From positions 164,610,001 to 164,674,000 of the forward strand of contig OZ024743.1 of NCBI GenBank assembly GCA_964016885.1: a DNA stretch of 64,000 nucleotides, read 5' to 3'. A model generated the notes under the pieces. That model was not told where the DNA came from. It saw only the letters and a list, made by a program, of their open reading frames with translations, and searched no databases. A program made the translations under genes and the position numbers. This document shows, piece after piece, positions 11,826 through 23,649 of the stretch. Each line of letters begins with the position of its first letter. The first letter of the stretch is position 1. Origin of the DNA: Eledone cirrhosa. Its lineage: Eukaryota.

Positions 11826-13296
11826 TCATCATCATCATCATCATCATCATTTTACGTCTGCTTTTCCCTGCTTGCAAGGGTGGGACGGGTCTTATTCAGC
11901 ACAGCATCTCTCCACTCGTCACGGTCCTTCGTCATCTCTACCGTGAACTTCAATGATCTGAGGTCTGTTCTCACCACCTCCGCCCATGTTTTTCGTGGTC
12001 TACCTCTACCACGTCTTCCTTCAACTGGCATTTCCTGGCACTTATTCACCCATCGGTCATCCTCCATGCGCATCACATGTCCATACCACCTCAGTCTCCT
12101 CTCCCGTACACTACATTCTATCCCTCTCAGACACAGTTTCTCTCTCAACACATTTATGCTGGGTCGTTCACGCACATTTACACTGCACATCCAACGGAGC
12201 ATGCTTGCCTCATTTCTCTCCAGCCGTCGCATATCCTCTGCAGTTGCTGCCCATGTCTCACAACCATGCAGCATCGCGCTGCTCACACAGGCATCATACA
12301 ACCGGCCTTTCGTACGCAGGGAGAAACCCTTCTTCGTCAACAGAGGAAGCAGCTCCCTAAACTTCTTCCAACCCGTCCTTATTCTAGATACTATGGCCTC
12401 GGAACACCCTCCTCCCATGCTAATCTGATCTCCTAGGTACCGGAAGCTATCCACCACTTCTATAGCGCCCTCCTGCATTTGAAAAATGTGTCTATCAATG
12501 CGACTTCTACTGTCTAATTTGCCTGTACATCTACTGCATACATATTTCTCCCTACCTGTTAGTTTGCCTGCTATCCCGCTACATTTCTTGTGTACCCAGG
12601 ATCTGCATTGTGTGCATTTTATAAAATTTATGCCAGTTCCTTTTCTGCATATCAAACATGGCCATTTCCCTGACGGAATCAGGGTTGTGTCCTCTTTTCT
12701 ACTCATCAACACTTTTGTCTTAGCTAGATTCACTCTCAGTCCTCTTGCTTCCAACCGCTGTTTCCATAGCCAGAATTTATTTTCTAGCTCCTCTACTGAT
12801 TCTGCTCTAAGAACCAGATCGTCAGCATAGAGAAGTTCCCATGGATAGCCAGTTTTAAACTCCTCTGTTATGGCTTGGAGGACTATAATGAACAAGAGCG
12901 GGCTGAGGACCGAACCCTGATGTACTCCTACTTGTATCTGGAATTCCTCACTAAACTCCATTCCTACCCTGACTTTACTGAGAGTACCTCTGTACAAAGT
13001 TTGCACTATCCTCACAAGCCATTCCTCAACACCTAGCTTCCTTGGGAACCACCAGATGACAGATCGGGGTACCCTATCAAAGACCTTCTCTAGGTCAACA
13101 AAGGCTAAGTATAGTGGCTTATTCTTCTCTAAGAACCTCTCTTGCAATTGTCTCACCAAGAAGAGGGCATCTGTTGTACTCTTCCCAGGCACAAAACCAA
13201 TCTGCATCTCATCTAGTTTGACCCTTTCTCTAATTAGTTGTGCTAAAATCCTTTCTGCCACTTTCATAACCTGATCTATCAGTTTTATACCGATAT
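11826..13296 (-). mobile_element. RTE LINE family B, 5'-truncated copy B1
   Basis: RT ORF within 11852-13393 (the first ~30 aa are not RTE), LLYADD, PHD insert; stop codon at the base of the terminal stem; (GAT)n tail. Confidence 0.93.
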
Positions 13297-13298
13297 AA

Positions 13299-13500
13299 TT
13301 CTTCTGCTTTTCAAAAGTAGAGTTGAGATGGAGGGTCTGTGGTTTTTCTCGTGGAGGGTCTGTGGTTTTTCTCACATCTGTGAGAAAAACCACAGACCCT
13401 CCATCTCAACTCTACTTTTGAAAAGCAGAAGAACTGCGAAACCGGTAAAGGAACCAAATAAATATATATTTTTTAAAAATAAGACTCCAGTTGCATTTTC
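13299..13500 (+). repeat. Fold-back inverted repeat (about 51-bp arms) with the 3' half of a hammerhead; PLE terminal-repeat fragment
   Basis: 13300-13350 is the reverse complement of 13382-13433, with an internal duplication; followed by GCGAAACCGGTA. Confidence 0.7.
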
Positions 13501-13514
13501 GATTTCATCTTTTT

Positions 13515-13919
<405 letters not shown>

Positions 13920-14157
13920 ACATTTAGAAACACACAGATACATGCGGACACACACATATATACATGAATGCATCCGCACCCAACTGTGAGTTAAGGGTGC
14001 CAACTTCACCGATGTTGCTCAATGAATGACTGGGACAGACCAATTCAGTTTGAACCAGACTGAACCAGTATCAGAGTTAAAAATACATTATGAAGAGAGA
14101 AGAAACATTTAGATATAATTAGTAATAAAATGTATCATACCTAAACTGTTCCTAAAT

Positions 14158-14245
14158 TCCTCGACTACGTAGTTTCGTGGCATAAACAAAAACAATATAT
14201 CAAAGATATAGAGTCCTTGCGAGGTCTGCCGACTTATCAAGAGGA
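14158..14245 (-). ncRNA. Type I hammerhead ribozyme, U3-A8 variant (F1, inverted arm)
   Basis: Reverse complement of the motif at 14814-14901. Confidence 0.8.
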
Positions 14246-14813
14246 TACCTCATTTTACTAGTCTCAAGAACGCGTCTACACGACGTGAGAAAGAATCCCA
14301 AAAGGCGGAGGGGGAGATAGTCACGCGATATAACGGTCGAGAAACAGAGCTAAGCCTCTTATAACCACGAAAAAAATACCACGGAGGCGGAGGGGGTATT
14401 CATATCAGTCTGGTTCAAACTGAATTGGTCTGTCCCAGTCATTCATTGAGCAACATCGGTGAAGTTGGCACCCTTAACTCACAGTTGGGTGCGGATGCAT
14501 TCATGTATATATGTGTGTGTCCGCATGTATCTGTGTGTTTCTAAATGTATTAATAACTCCCTCTGGTCGAGCAATCTTTGAAGTGTGGGGACAACTGGAA
14601 AGCTTCCATTACTCATACTTCTCGCCTTCTTCACTACCTCTTCTACGGCCTCGATATGAATACCCCCTCCGCCTCCGTGGTATTTTTTTCGTGGTTATAA
14701 GAGGCTTAGCTCTGTTTCTCGACCGTTATATCGCGTGACTATCTCCCCCTCCGCCTTTTGGGATTCTTTCTCACGTCGTGTAGACGCGTTCTTGAGACTA
14801 GTAAAATGAGGTA

Positions 14814-14901
14814 TCCTCTTGATAAGTCGGCAGACCTCGCAAGGACTCTATATCTTTGATATATTGTTTTTGTTTATGCCACGAAACTACGTAGTCGAGG
14901 A
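14814..14901 (+). ncRNA. Type I hammerhead ribozyme, U3-A8 variant (F1)
   Basis: Helix I UCCUC/GAGGA; core UUGAUAA; helix II GU(C)GGCA/UGCCAC; GAAA; helix III C-UACGUA-G; GUC cleavage triplet. Confidence 0.82.
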
Positions 14902-15404
14902 ATTTAGGAACAGTTTAGGTATGATACATTTTATTACTAATTATATCTAAATGTTTCTTCTCTCTTCATAATGTATTTTTAACTCTGATACTGGTTCAGT
15001 CTGGTTCAAACTGAATTGGTCTGTCCCAGTCATTCATTGAGCAACATCGGTGAAGTTGGCACCCTTAACTCACAGTTGGGTGCGGATGCATTCATGTATA
15101 TATGTGTGTGTCCGCATGTATCTGTGTGTTTCTAAATGTATTAATAACTCCCTCTGGTCGAGCAATCTTTGAAGTGTGGGGACAACTGGAAAGCTTCCAT
15201 TACTCATACTTCTCACCTTCTTCACTACCTCTTCTACGGCCTCGATATGAATACCCCCTCCGCCTCCGTGGTATTTTTTTCGTGGTTATAAGAGGCTTAG
15301 CTCTGTTTCTCGACCGTTATATCGCGTGACTATCTCCCCCTCCGCCTTTTGGGATTCTTTCTCACGTCGTGTAGACGCGTTCTTGAGACTAGTAAAATGA
15401 GGTA

Positions 15405-15492
15405 TCCTCTTGATAAGTCGGCAGACCTCGCAAGGACTCTATATCTTTGATATATTGTTTTTGTTTATGCCACGAAACTACGTAGTCGAGGA
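15405..15492 (+). ncRNA. Type I hammerhead ribozyme, U3-A8 variant (F1, second monomer)
   Basis: Identical to 14814-14901, 591 nt downstream. Confidence 0.82.
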
Positions 15493-15605
15493 ATTTAGGA
15501 ACAGTTTAGGTATGATACATTTTATTACTAATTATATCTAAATGTTTCTTCTCTCTTCATAATGTATATATATATATATATATATACATATGTATATATA
15601 TATAC

Positions 15606-15668
<63 letters not shown>

Positions 15669-15839
15669 TGTATATATACAGTATTTACGTATCGAGAGAG
15701 AAAAAAAAAGGAGGATAGGTGATACATATAGTTATTTGCCAAGTAGCGTATGCCAAAGGTGCTCGATACTAGTGCCGGCAGTATTAAATATTCGAAGTGT
15801 TAATATTTAGTGGGCTAGAGAGTTAGCAGAGCGTAAGCA

Positions 15840-17390
15840 CGTTGAAAAGTAAGAAATCGGACCGGGATAAGAACACCCGTAACCTTCCTGAACCTAAAGA
15901 GAGGTATGGCTTCAAAACATACCGAAACCCACCGCACAACACCTTACTGGACTCCTTTGAGGAGGACCTGCTGAAAATGATCAAAAATGTTAAGTTCAGA
16001 AAGAAACACCAATGCAGCAATACATTCTTAACTTCCCTTCATACACTAATAACTAAGATCAAGAGTGACCCACACCTCTTCGTCAACTCCGACAAAACCA
16101 AGAAGCTGTACAAGATGGACGCGAGTAAGTATAAAAAATTCATCTATAAGGAACTACATAAAGACACCCTCTAGTACCCTAAATGACATAAATAGAGTAG
16201 GGAAGGATATAGTCACCAGCTTAGAAATAGAAAAGTACACTAACCCGTACGTCCCTCTAACGCCTAGAATCTTTCTTAAGGATCACAAATGTAATTTTAA
16301 TGAAAGCCCCTTTATAAGACTAATATGCCCCTCTACATCTGATATAGGTAAGATTAGTAAAGTGATCCTCGACAGAGTACTACTGGAGCTTAATAGAAAG
16401 GCTAAGGTCTGCCTCTGTGGCATCACCGACCAGGTCATAAATTGGTTCACCGAGTTGCCGGATAAAGCGACCCTGAAGTTCATCCAGTTTGACGTAGATA
16501 GTTACTACACCTTTATCTCCCCCATACTCTTAAATAAGGCACTCATCTTAGCTAAATCTAACACTAGCCTCACTAAAAAAGAAATAGACATAGTTCTAGC
16601 GGCGCGTAGAACCATTATCCAGTTCGAAGGATCCCACTGGACCAGAACCAACCGTCCTGATAACTTCGATGTCACGATGGGGTCCAGTGACTCAGCGCAA
16701 GCAACTGACCTGGTCGGGATATACCTCCTACATAAGCTTAGGGACGATATACCGGCTATACAAGGAGGTGTATATAGGGACGGCGTCCTGTTTACCGTTA
16801 GGAACCATAGCCCCCATAGGATAGAGAACTTTAACAAACATATACACAGGTTCTTCAAGTCATACGACCTATCCGTAACTATGGACCTCAACCACAAGGT
16901 TGTCAACTTCCTGGACGTGACCCTGGAGTTGAGTACGGGCTCATACAAGTCATACCATAAGCCTGGAGAGTGCCTCTCTTATATTAATTATGCCTCCAAC
17001 CACCCTAAGAGGACTCTCAACTCTATAGTCTATAGTATCTCACATAGAATCTCGAGGCTATCCGCCAATCAGGATATCTTCAACTAAGCGGCAGATTACT
17101 ACAATAGGGCCTTGATAAGTGTCGGCTTTAACCGAGGAATTTCCTACATCCCTAACGCTAGCTCTAGAAAACACCCACTCATAAAACGAACATTATAGTA
17201 AGCCATACCTATAACCGATCACGCGGCGACCTCGTTGGAGTCGGATATAATACAGTAGATAATCGCACTAAAGTGACCACTGTAGCTTACTCGAACTATT
17301 CCCCTACTACAAAATCAACAAAGGCGACAGCCGACTACCAACGCCTTCCAACCAACATCTTCCTGTACATAAACATGGAAGAAGGAAGAA
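15840..17390 (+). pseudogene. Penelope-like (Naiad-type) RT fragment
   Basis: ORFs 15842-16174 and 16065-17087: YGFKT..NPP, SDKT, KDHK, RLICP, FIQFDVDSYY, FDVTMGSSD, GGVYRDG (catalytic DD mutated), VNFLDVTL, SNHP. Confidence 0.88.
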
Positions 17391-17449
17391 GAGTGCACCC
17401 GAGCATAAAGTGAAATATATGTATGCCTGTATGTATATATATATATATA

Positions 17450-18165
17450 TAAGCTTGCATGCTCCGCTGGATGTGTAATAGTAATATACGTGAACGGCAA
17501 AGCATAAACGAACTAAGGAAAAAATTAGAAATAAGAGGGATCAGATGTTGTTTACTCGAGAGAAGGCTACGTTGGTATGGACACGTGATGCGCATGAAAG
17601 ACGATAGCTGTATAACAAAGTGCAGGGCAATAAAGATAGACGGTAGCCACGGAATAGGCAGACCTAGAAAAACCTGGGACGAGCTGATAAACTCCAACCT
17701 CACACACTTACACCTCTCCAAGACAATGTCACTGGACCGAGACCTTTGGCGGTACTCAGTAATAGAGAAGACCTGCCTTACCTAAATACATAGTAAAACC
17801 TACTACAATCAGTAGGCATCTCTAACAAAATACACCCGGGTCCCACCCCATCCACACCGCCGCCTTCTATGTAAAGTTATGTTGGTACCACACCATCCAG
17901 GCCGAAACAAATGAGATTGTGTAGGTGTCACGACAAAAAAACACACAGTCCACGCTGTAATGTGGCCGTGTAGGCAACACGGTAAAAACCTCCCAGACCC
18001 ACACTGTAAATGTGGTTGGTGTTAGGAAGGGCATCCAACTGTAGAAAACCTGCCAGACAGTCCTATGCGAGCAAGACAATCACTCTTGCCTCAAGTGGGA
18101 AAACCCCCATCCAAACCCATGCAAGCGTGGAACACGGACGTTAAACGTTGATGATGATGATGATA
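17450..18165 (+). mobile_element. RTE family C 3' fragment C1
   Basis: [16 protein letters not shown]-terminus, family-C 3' UTR, (GAT)n. Confidence 0.92.
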
Positions 18166-18176
18166 TATAAATATAT

Positions 18177-18607
18177 ATACATGCTACTGTACGTCTGTAT
18201 ACATATATGTATGTACGTATACATACATACTTACATTTAAGTAAGTGCCGTACTAAGAGTGAGAAATGAAATTTCGTTTCATTCTATTCCATTTATCGTT
18301 TTCGGTGCGCCTGGGCGACTGAACTCACTCGGTATGCAAATTAGGCTGCTCAGCCGTTAATTTTCAAAAGGAAAGTATATACTTTCGAACGTTCAACCAT
18401 CTGGCAGAAAGGTATACGGTGCTGACGATAGTTAACAAGCTTGAAACTAGTACATCGTTCCTGTGTCAGTGTTGAACAAAAAGGTGACGTGGTTGCCTGA
18501 ACACTGTACGGCGTAAATCAGGCTGTCCGTTTGTTTACAAACGAACAAAGCGAACATTATAATAAATGTTCGGTAAACTGATACGTACATATATATATGT
18601 GTGCCTG

Positions 18608-18656
<49 letters not shown>

Positions 18657-18662
18657 GCTACT
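18177..18662 (+). mobile_element. Non-coding hammerhead unit F2 (about 430-480 nt, terminally redundant)
   Basis: Starts and ends with TACATGCTACTGT; homologous to 27022-27503; contains a hammerhead. Confidence 0.75.
18417..18457 (+). ncRNA. Minimal type I hammerhead ribozyme (F2)
   Basis: CGGUG-CUGACGA-UAGUU..AAGCUU-GAAA-CUAG-UA-CAUCG; palindromic helix III. Confidence 0.8.
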
Positions 18663-18913
18663 GTGTAGGTGTTACGACAAAAAAACACACAGTCCACGCT
18701 GTAATGTGGCCGTGTAGGCAACACGGTAAAAACCTCCCAGACCCACACTGTAAATGTGGTTGGTGTTAGGAAGGGCATCCAACTGTAGAAAACCTGCCAG
18801 ACAGTCCTATGCGAACAAGACAATCACTCTTGCCTCAAGTGGGAATACCCCGTCCAAACCCATGCAAGCGTGGAACACGGACGTTAAACATTGATGATGA
18901 TGATGATGATGAT
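18663..18913 (+). mobile_element. RTE family C 3' UTR fragment C2
   Basis: Matches 17920-18165. Confidence 0.9.
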
Positions 18914-18939
18914 ATATACATATATTCTATATATATATA

Positions 18940-19580
18940 CATAAATTCTATAAAATGCACACAACGCAGATCCTGGGTACACAAGAGATATAGTGGGATA
19001 GCAGGCAAACTAACAGGTAGGGAGAAATGTGTATGCAGTAGATGTACAGGCAAATTAGACAGTAGAAGTCGCATTGATAGACACATTTTTCAAATGCAGG
19101 AGGGTTCTATAGAAGTGGTGGATAGCTTCCGGTACCTAGGAGATCAGATTAGCATGGGAGGAGGGTGTTCCGAGGCCATAGTATCTAGAATAAGGACGGG
19201 TTGGAAGAAGTTTAGGGAGTTGCATCCTCTGTTGATGAAGGAGGGTTTCTCCCTGCGTACGAAAGGCCGGTTGTATGATGCCTGTGTGAGCAGCGCGATG
19301 CTGCATGGTAGTGAGACATGGGCCACAACTGCAGAGGATATGCGACGGCTGGAGAGAAATAAGGCAAGCATGCTCCGTTGGATGTGCAGTGTAAATGTGC
19401 GTGAACGACCCAGCATAAATGTGTTGAGAGAGAAACTGTGTCTGAGAGGGATAGAATGTAGTGTACGGGAGAGGAGACTGAGGTGGTATGGACATGGTAT
19501 GGACATGTGCTGAATAAGACCCGTCCCACCCTTGCAAGCAGGGAAAAGCAGACGTAAAATGATGATGATGATGATGATGA
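18940..19580 (+). mobile_element. RTE family B 3' fragment B2 with internal deletion
   Basis: [15 protein letters not shown], then a jump to the terminal stem and (GAT)n. Confidence 0.9.
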
Positions 19581-19673
19581 CATATATGTATATATATATA
19601 CATATATGTATATATATATATATATCTATGTATATATATACATATATGTATATATATATATGTATATATATAC

Positions 19674-19709
<36 letters not shown>

Positions 19710-19736
19710 GTGTGTATATATATGTATACATATATG

Positions 19737-19778
<42 letters not shown>

Positions 19779-19893
19779 TGTATATATATATGTATATATA
19801 TATACATATATATATATATGTATATATATATACATATATGTATATATATATATATGTATATGTATATATATATATGTATATATATACATATAC

Positions 19894-19930
<37 letters not shown>

Positions 19931-19970
19931 TATACATATATGTATATATATATATATATATACATATATG

Positions 19971-19999
<29 letters not shown>
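19581..19999. repeat. (TA)n microsatellite array
   Basis: Directly visible. Confidence 0.97.
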
Positions 20000-20001
<2 letters not shown>

Positions 20002-21484
20002 TGTTATACTTTGGGAGGGTCATGTTGCCAATAAGAAACACACACACCAGTTGCTTTCACTTCAATTTATTATAATAAATTTATAAATTTAGGAATTTAT
20101 AAATTTCTGGTTGGTTGGTTGGTTTCACAACCAGATAGTTGTTTATATATCGTCAAAGTTCTTTCGTCACACATTATGTGACCTCTTCAGTGACTGGGGA
20201 TTCTTTTCTTCTTTTTTGTGCCTCTCCTTTGTTCTGTCCTACACCATCTTGTTTCTGTGTGTGTTATGTGTGCTCAGTCTGCGCATGCGCTACATCCGGG
20301 TGTCTGTGTGTGTTTATATTCGTTTATTTATTTGTTTATTTACATGTTACAGGTTGGTTGTTTGTTCTATGTGTGTGTGTGTTTTCATTTTGTCCTTAAT
20401 TGTAAGTTGTGATGTTGCTGTTCCACTCATATTTTCTATTTAATTTTGGTTGTAATTCTTTTATGTTTATTGCCTCTGTGATTTGTCTAAACATTGCGTC
20501 TTTTCTGTGTGTAGATTCTATTTTCATTTCGATGTTCTCTAATTTACCCTTATGTTCTATTTTAGCATGTTGGTAGAGTACAGATGATTCTTTACTATCT
20601 TGAAGGTCTCGCCAGTGTTTATTTATCCGTTCCCCTACACTAGCTGTCTTACCTATGTTCACTATATTTTTGTCTCTACATTGTCCTTCAGTACATCTTA
20701 TGCTATACACTACATTTCTAGTTTTACAGTTAATATGGGAGCTTAATTTACAGGGTATACATTTCTTAGCTATACAGGGGGGTCTTTGGAAAGGGTATGT
20801 CTTGCTAATAAGTGTTTTTACGGAGGTACCTGGTCTTTCTACTATCTTAATATTGAGTTTATGTTTATCTAGGGCCCTTCTAAATTTGTAAGCTAATTCA
20901 CCTCTAGGGGTTGTATCGATGAACATTACACTCTGGTATTTATTGCTATCATACCATGAGTTTATTCTATTAGCCTTATTCCTAGTTCTTTCTATTCTAT
21001 TCCAAAATTTGCTCCTATACAAGGGGCAGGTTCCATTTGTGTCATTATTTACCATTTTTTCCCATTTGGTTCTGGCTCCTCTATACACTCTGATTCTATC
21101 TCTCTGATTGTAACCAGAGAACTGCATACGGTGGATGAAGTGTTGTATGTGTCTCTCTAGTTCTTCGGGGTTTCACATGCGGGACACGTTTCTCATCACC
21201 CGTACCAAATCCGCAATCAGTATGTTGATTTTGGTATGGTCCGAAACAGCCGAGTTTCGGTGGATCAGATGTTTGGAAGTCATGGGTTTGGCATAATGGG
21301 AATGGAGGATTTGTTTTTTGTTATTAATGGTATCTAACCAGAGCTCTGTGTCTAGTACAGGTAATCGATGGTTTGGGTGTTTACTTGGGTAGTCTATAGT
21401 AACTCTAATACTCTGGTGGATGGAGTTAGCTATTTGCTGGATGCTTTCCATTGTGTTTTTCTCTAGTTCCTGACTGTTCTCTAG
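20000..21484 (-). mobile_element. Penelope-like element (Cys-rich linker, Neptune/Hydra-like), 5'-truncated: RT thumb + GIY-YIG
   Basis: ORFs 21173-21451 (LPVLD, HYAKP) and 20396-21127 (CIAKKCIPC..CKTRNVVYSIRC..NIGKT..R..H, RQITEA..I..PKLN); same family as 34760-37029. Confidence 0.87.
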
Positions 21485-21534
21485 TATATATAACGATATT
21501 AAACAAATGGAAATTACATTTATAAAATTATATT

Positions 21535-21597
21535 TATTTCATTATATATATTTCAGGGATATCATATTAAAATATGGTATGCCCTCTTCAGACAAAA
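21535..21597 (-). ncRNA. Hammerhead ribozyme in the 3' pLTR
   Basis: UUUUGU-CUGAAGA-GGG..CCCU-GAAA-UAUAUA-UA-AUGAAA. Confidence 0.78.
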
Positions 21598-22956
21598 TAC
21601 AATATATAGACAGTTTTATAAATAAATTTGACATACCTTAGAGTTTACAACTTCCATTTAAAAAGTTGTTACGGTAGTGAAAATGTTAAGGACGGTTAGG
21701 GAAAAAAAAAAAAAAAAAAAAAAAGACGGAGAAAAAAGGAAAAAAGGAAAAAGAAAAAGAAGGAGAAAAGAAAAAGAAAGAGCGGAAGGTGAAGAAGATG
21801 AAGAAATGTATGTAAAGAGAAAACCACTGAATGAGAGATCTATGAGGGAAGGGGTACTGTAATTATTCATTTGTTTATTTATTTATTTAGTGTTAAGTAT
21901 ACGGGGAGAAATAAAAACAAAAATAAATAAGGAGAGGTAGATCGAGCAATATCTATTATACGAGGTGGGAGAGATAGGGGAGGGGTGATATACAGGAGAT
22001 AGAGTTAAAACAGCCGATATAAGAGTAGAGGGAGTAGGAGAGGGGATATACTTAGAAACAAAAATGATAGTTTTAAAATATTATGTTTCATCAGTCTATC
22101 AATTCATATGAATTATAATGTAAACATCAATATTCATGAATGAGACACATATCAATAATGTGTGAAAAAAATAGTGACTATATGTTTAGTTTAAAAATTC
22201 ATAGGTTTATAATCAAAATCTGAGATAAAACCTCAAAAAATACTGGAATACATAAGTATATATGTATTTTCATGAAAAAAGAGAAAAGAGAAAGAAAAAG
22301 AGAAGGTTATCTCAAACTGACATTATAGACACATGCGAGTTTACATGATCAGCTCTGTAAATTTTTATTTCACATGGAAATCTTCATTGCGTCAAAAAAA
22401 ATTTTCCATACACATAAGTGTACATACATATACATATACATAAAATATACATTATTAATAATAATAATATTCTTGCCCTTTCTTACATGATTATCGTACA
22501 AGCATAGAATAGAACAGATATCAATATATTAAAATATTAAAAACGCCAAGAATACTTTCCTCCCCAGAATATCTAGGGCCGTAATAAAAACACAGTGTGC
22601 CCAGCATATCAATCAATCCCTCCAATTTATTTGACAATATTGCCAAGTTTATTAGAAGCAATCAGAGTCAAAAGCAAACAAAACCAAAATTATTCACCAA
22701 ACTTATTTAGCAGAAATCATTAAAAAAAAAACAAAAAAACTTTAGGATACTTGGTTGTTCTACAGATGCTCTTATATTTATTCTAGAAGTTTATCTAGCT
22801 TAAAAATTTTATTCAATAGATTTGGATCATCATCGTTTTAAGGTAGTTTAATTACATTATTAATTATATATTCATGAAGAAGGTTTAAAGAATTGAAGGA
22901 ATCGAAAGATTTATCGCCAAGTTTTCTAAAATAATTAAAAGTCTTGAGTAAATATA

Positions 22957-23634
22957 TTACATTTTAAACTTATATTTATATTTAAAAGTTGAGTTCAATC
23001 TATGTCTGCAGCAACTGAATAAATTGGTCCGTAAATTAAGGGAATTTTTAGATTTTAGTATAAAGAATATCTCCTCTGCGCAGAGGTCACATGTCTCAGA
23101 GGAGGAGTTAAAAGGAATCCCTCTTGAGACTATATTCCAAACCGTCGAAAATCCAACGTTATCATGTTTAAGTTGCCAGAGTAAGCCTAATAGTGATGTT
23201 GAAGATTTTTTGTTTGGATCTGTGAAAGAATTCTTGTGATTATTATAGCGAAGTTTAAATTCTGTCGAGGTGGAACCAACAGAATTAAAAGAATTTAAGT
23301 CAGTTTTAACATTACAGTTGTATATTATATTTTTAACTAAGCAATTGTTATTTAACGGGCATTTAGATCTATCTCTACAGTTACAGTTGCTTACTTGAAT
23401 ATTGTTTATGCTATTATCGGTATTTTGGCTAGGTTTTAGATTCCTATTATTTATTCTATTAATATTTTGTGCTAAATTTTTGGTGGACGAGTAGGTTAAT
23501 TTTATAGTATGTCTATTGAAAATTGAGTGATACTTATGTGTTCTAGGGAATCGTTTGTCAAGAGCATTAAAAAATAGTTTAGCGATGTGGGTTTTAATGT
23601 TTAGTGAGAAAGTGGGGGGGGGGGGGCAAACCAA
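22957..23634 (-). CDS. GIY-YIG endonuclease portion of the Naiad polyprotein (frameshifted from RT)
   Basis: CNC..CPL..CL zinc linker, IIYNC/SVGST (GIY-YIG-like), FKLRYNNHK, CDLC..E, CRH C-terminus. Confidence 0.85.
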   Translation of the reverse strand: MVCPPPPTFSLNIKTHIAKLFFNALDKRFPRTHKYHSIFNRHTIKLTYSSTKNLAQNINRINNRNLKPSQNTDNSINNIQVSNCNCRDRSKCPLNNNCLVKNIIYNCNVKTDLNSFNSVGSTSTEFKLRYNNHKNSFTDPNKKSSTSLLGLLWQLKHDNVGFSTVWNIVSRGIPFNSSSETCDLCAEEIFFILKSKNSLNLRTNLFSCCRHRLNSTFKYKYKFKM

Positions 23635-23649
23635 ATTATGTTTCTAGTT

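Larger units (their letters stand above)
13920..15565 (+). mobile_element. Retrozyme-like/PLE non-autonomous element F1: inverted arm (13920-14405) plus about 2 tandem 591-bp monomers (14406-15565)
   Basis: Near-identical direct repeat with period 591; inverted circularly permuted arm; one hammerhead per monomer; no TE coding. Confidence 0.9.

Noticed and set aside
14511-14738. 75-aa ORF repeated in both F1 monomers
   Set aside because: Non-ATG start in a GT-rich tract, no recognisable motif, disrupted in the diverged copy at 6225; identity is explained by recent duplication.
21677-21862. Lys/Arg/Glu-rich 61-aa ORF
   Set aside because: Purine-rich low-complexity antisense of the Naiad 3' UTR.
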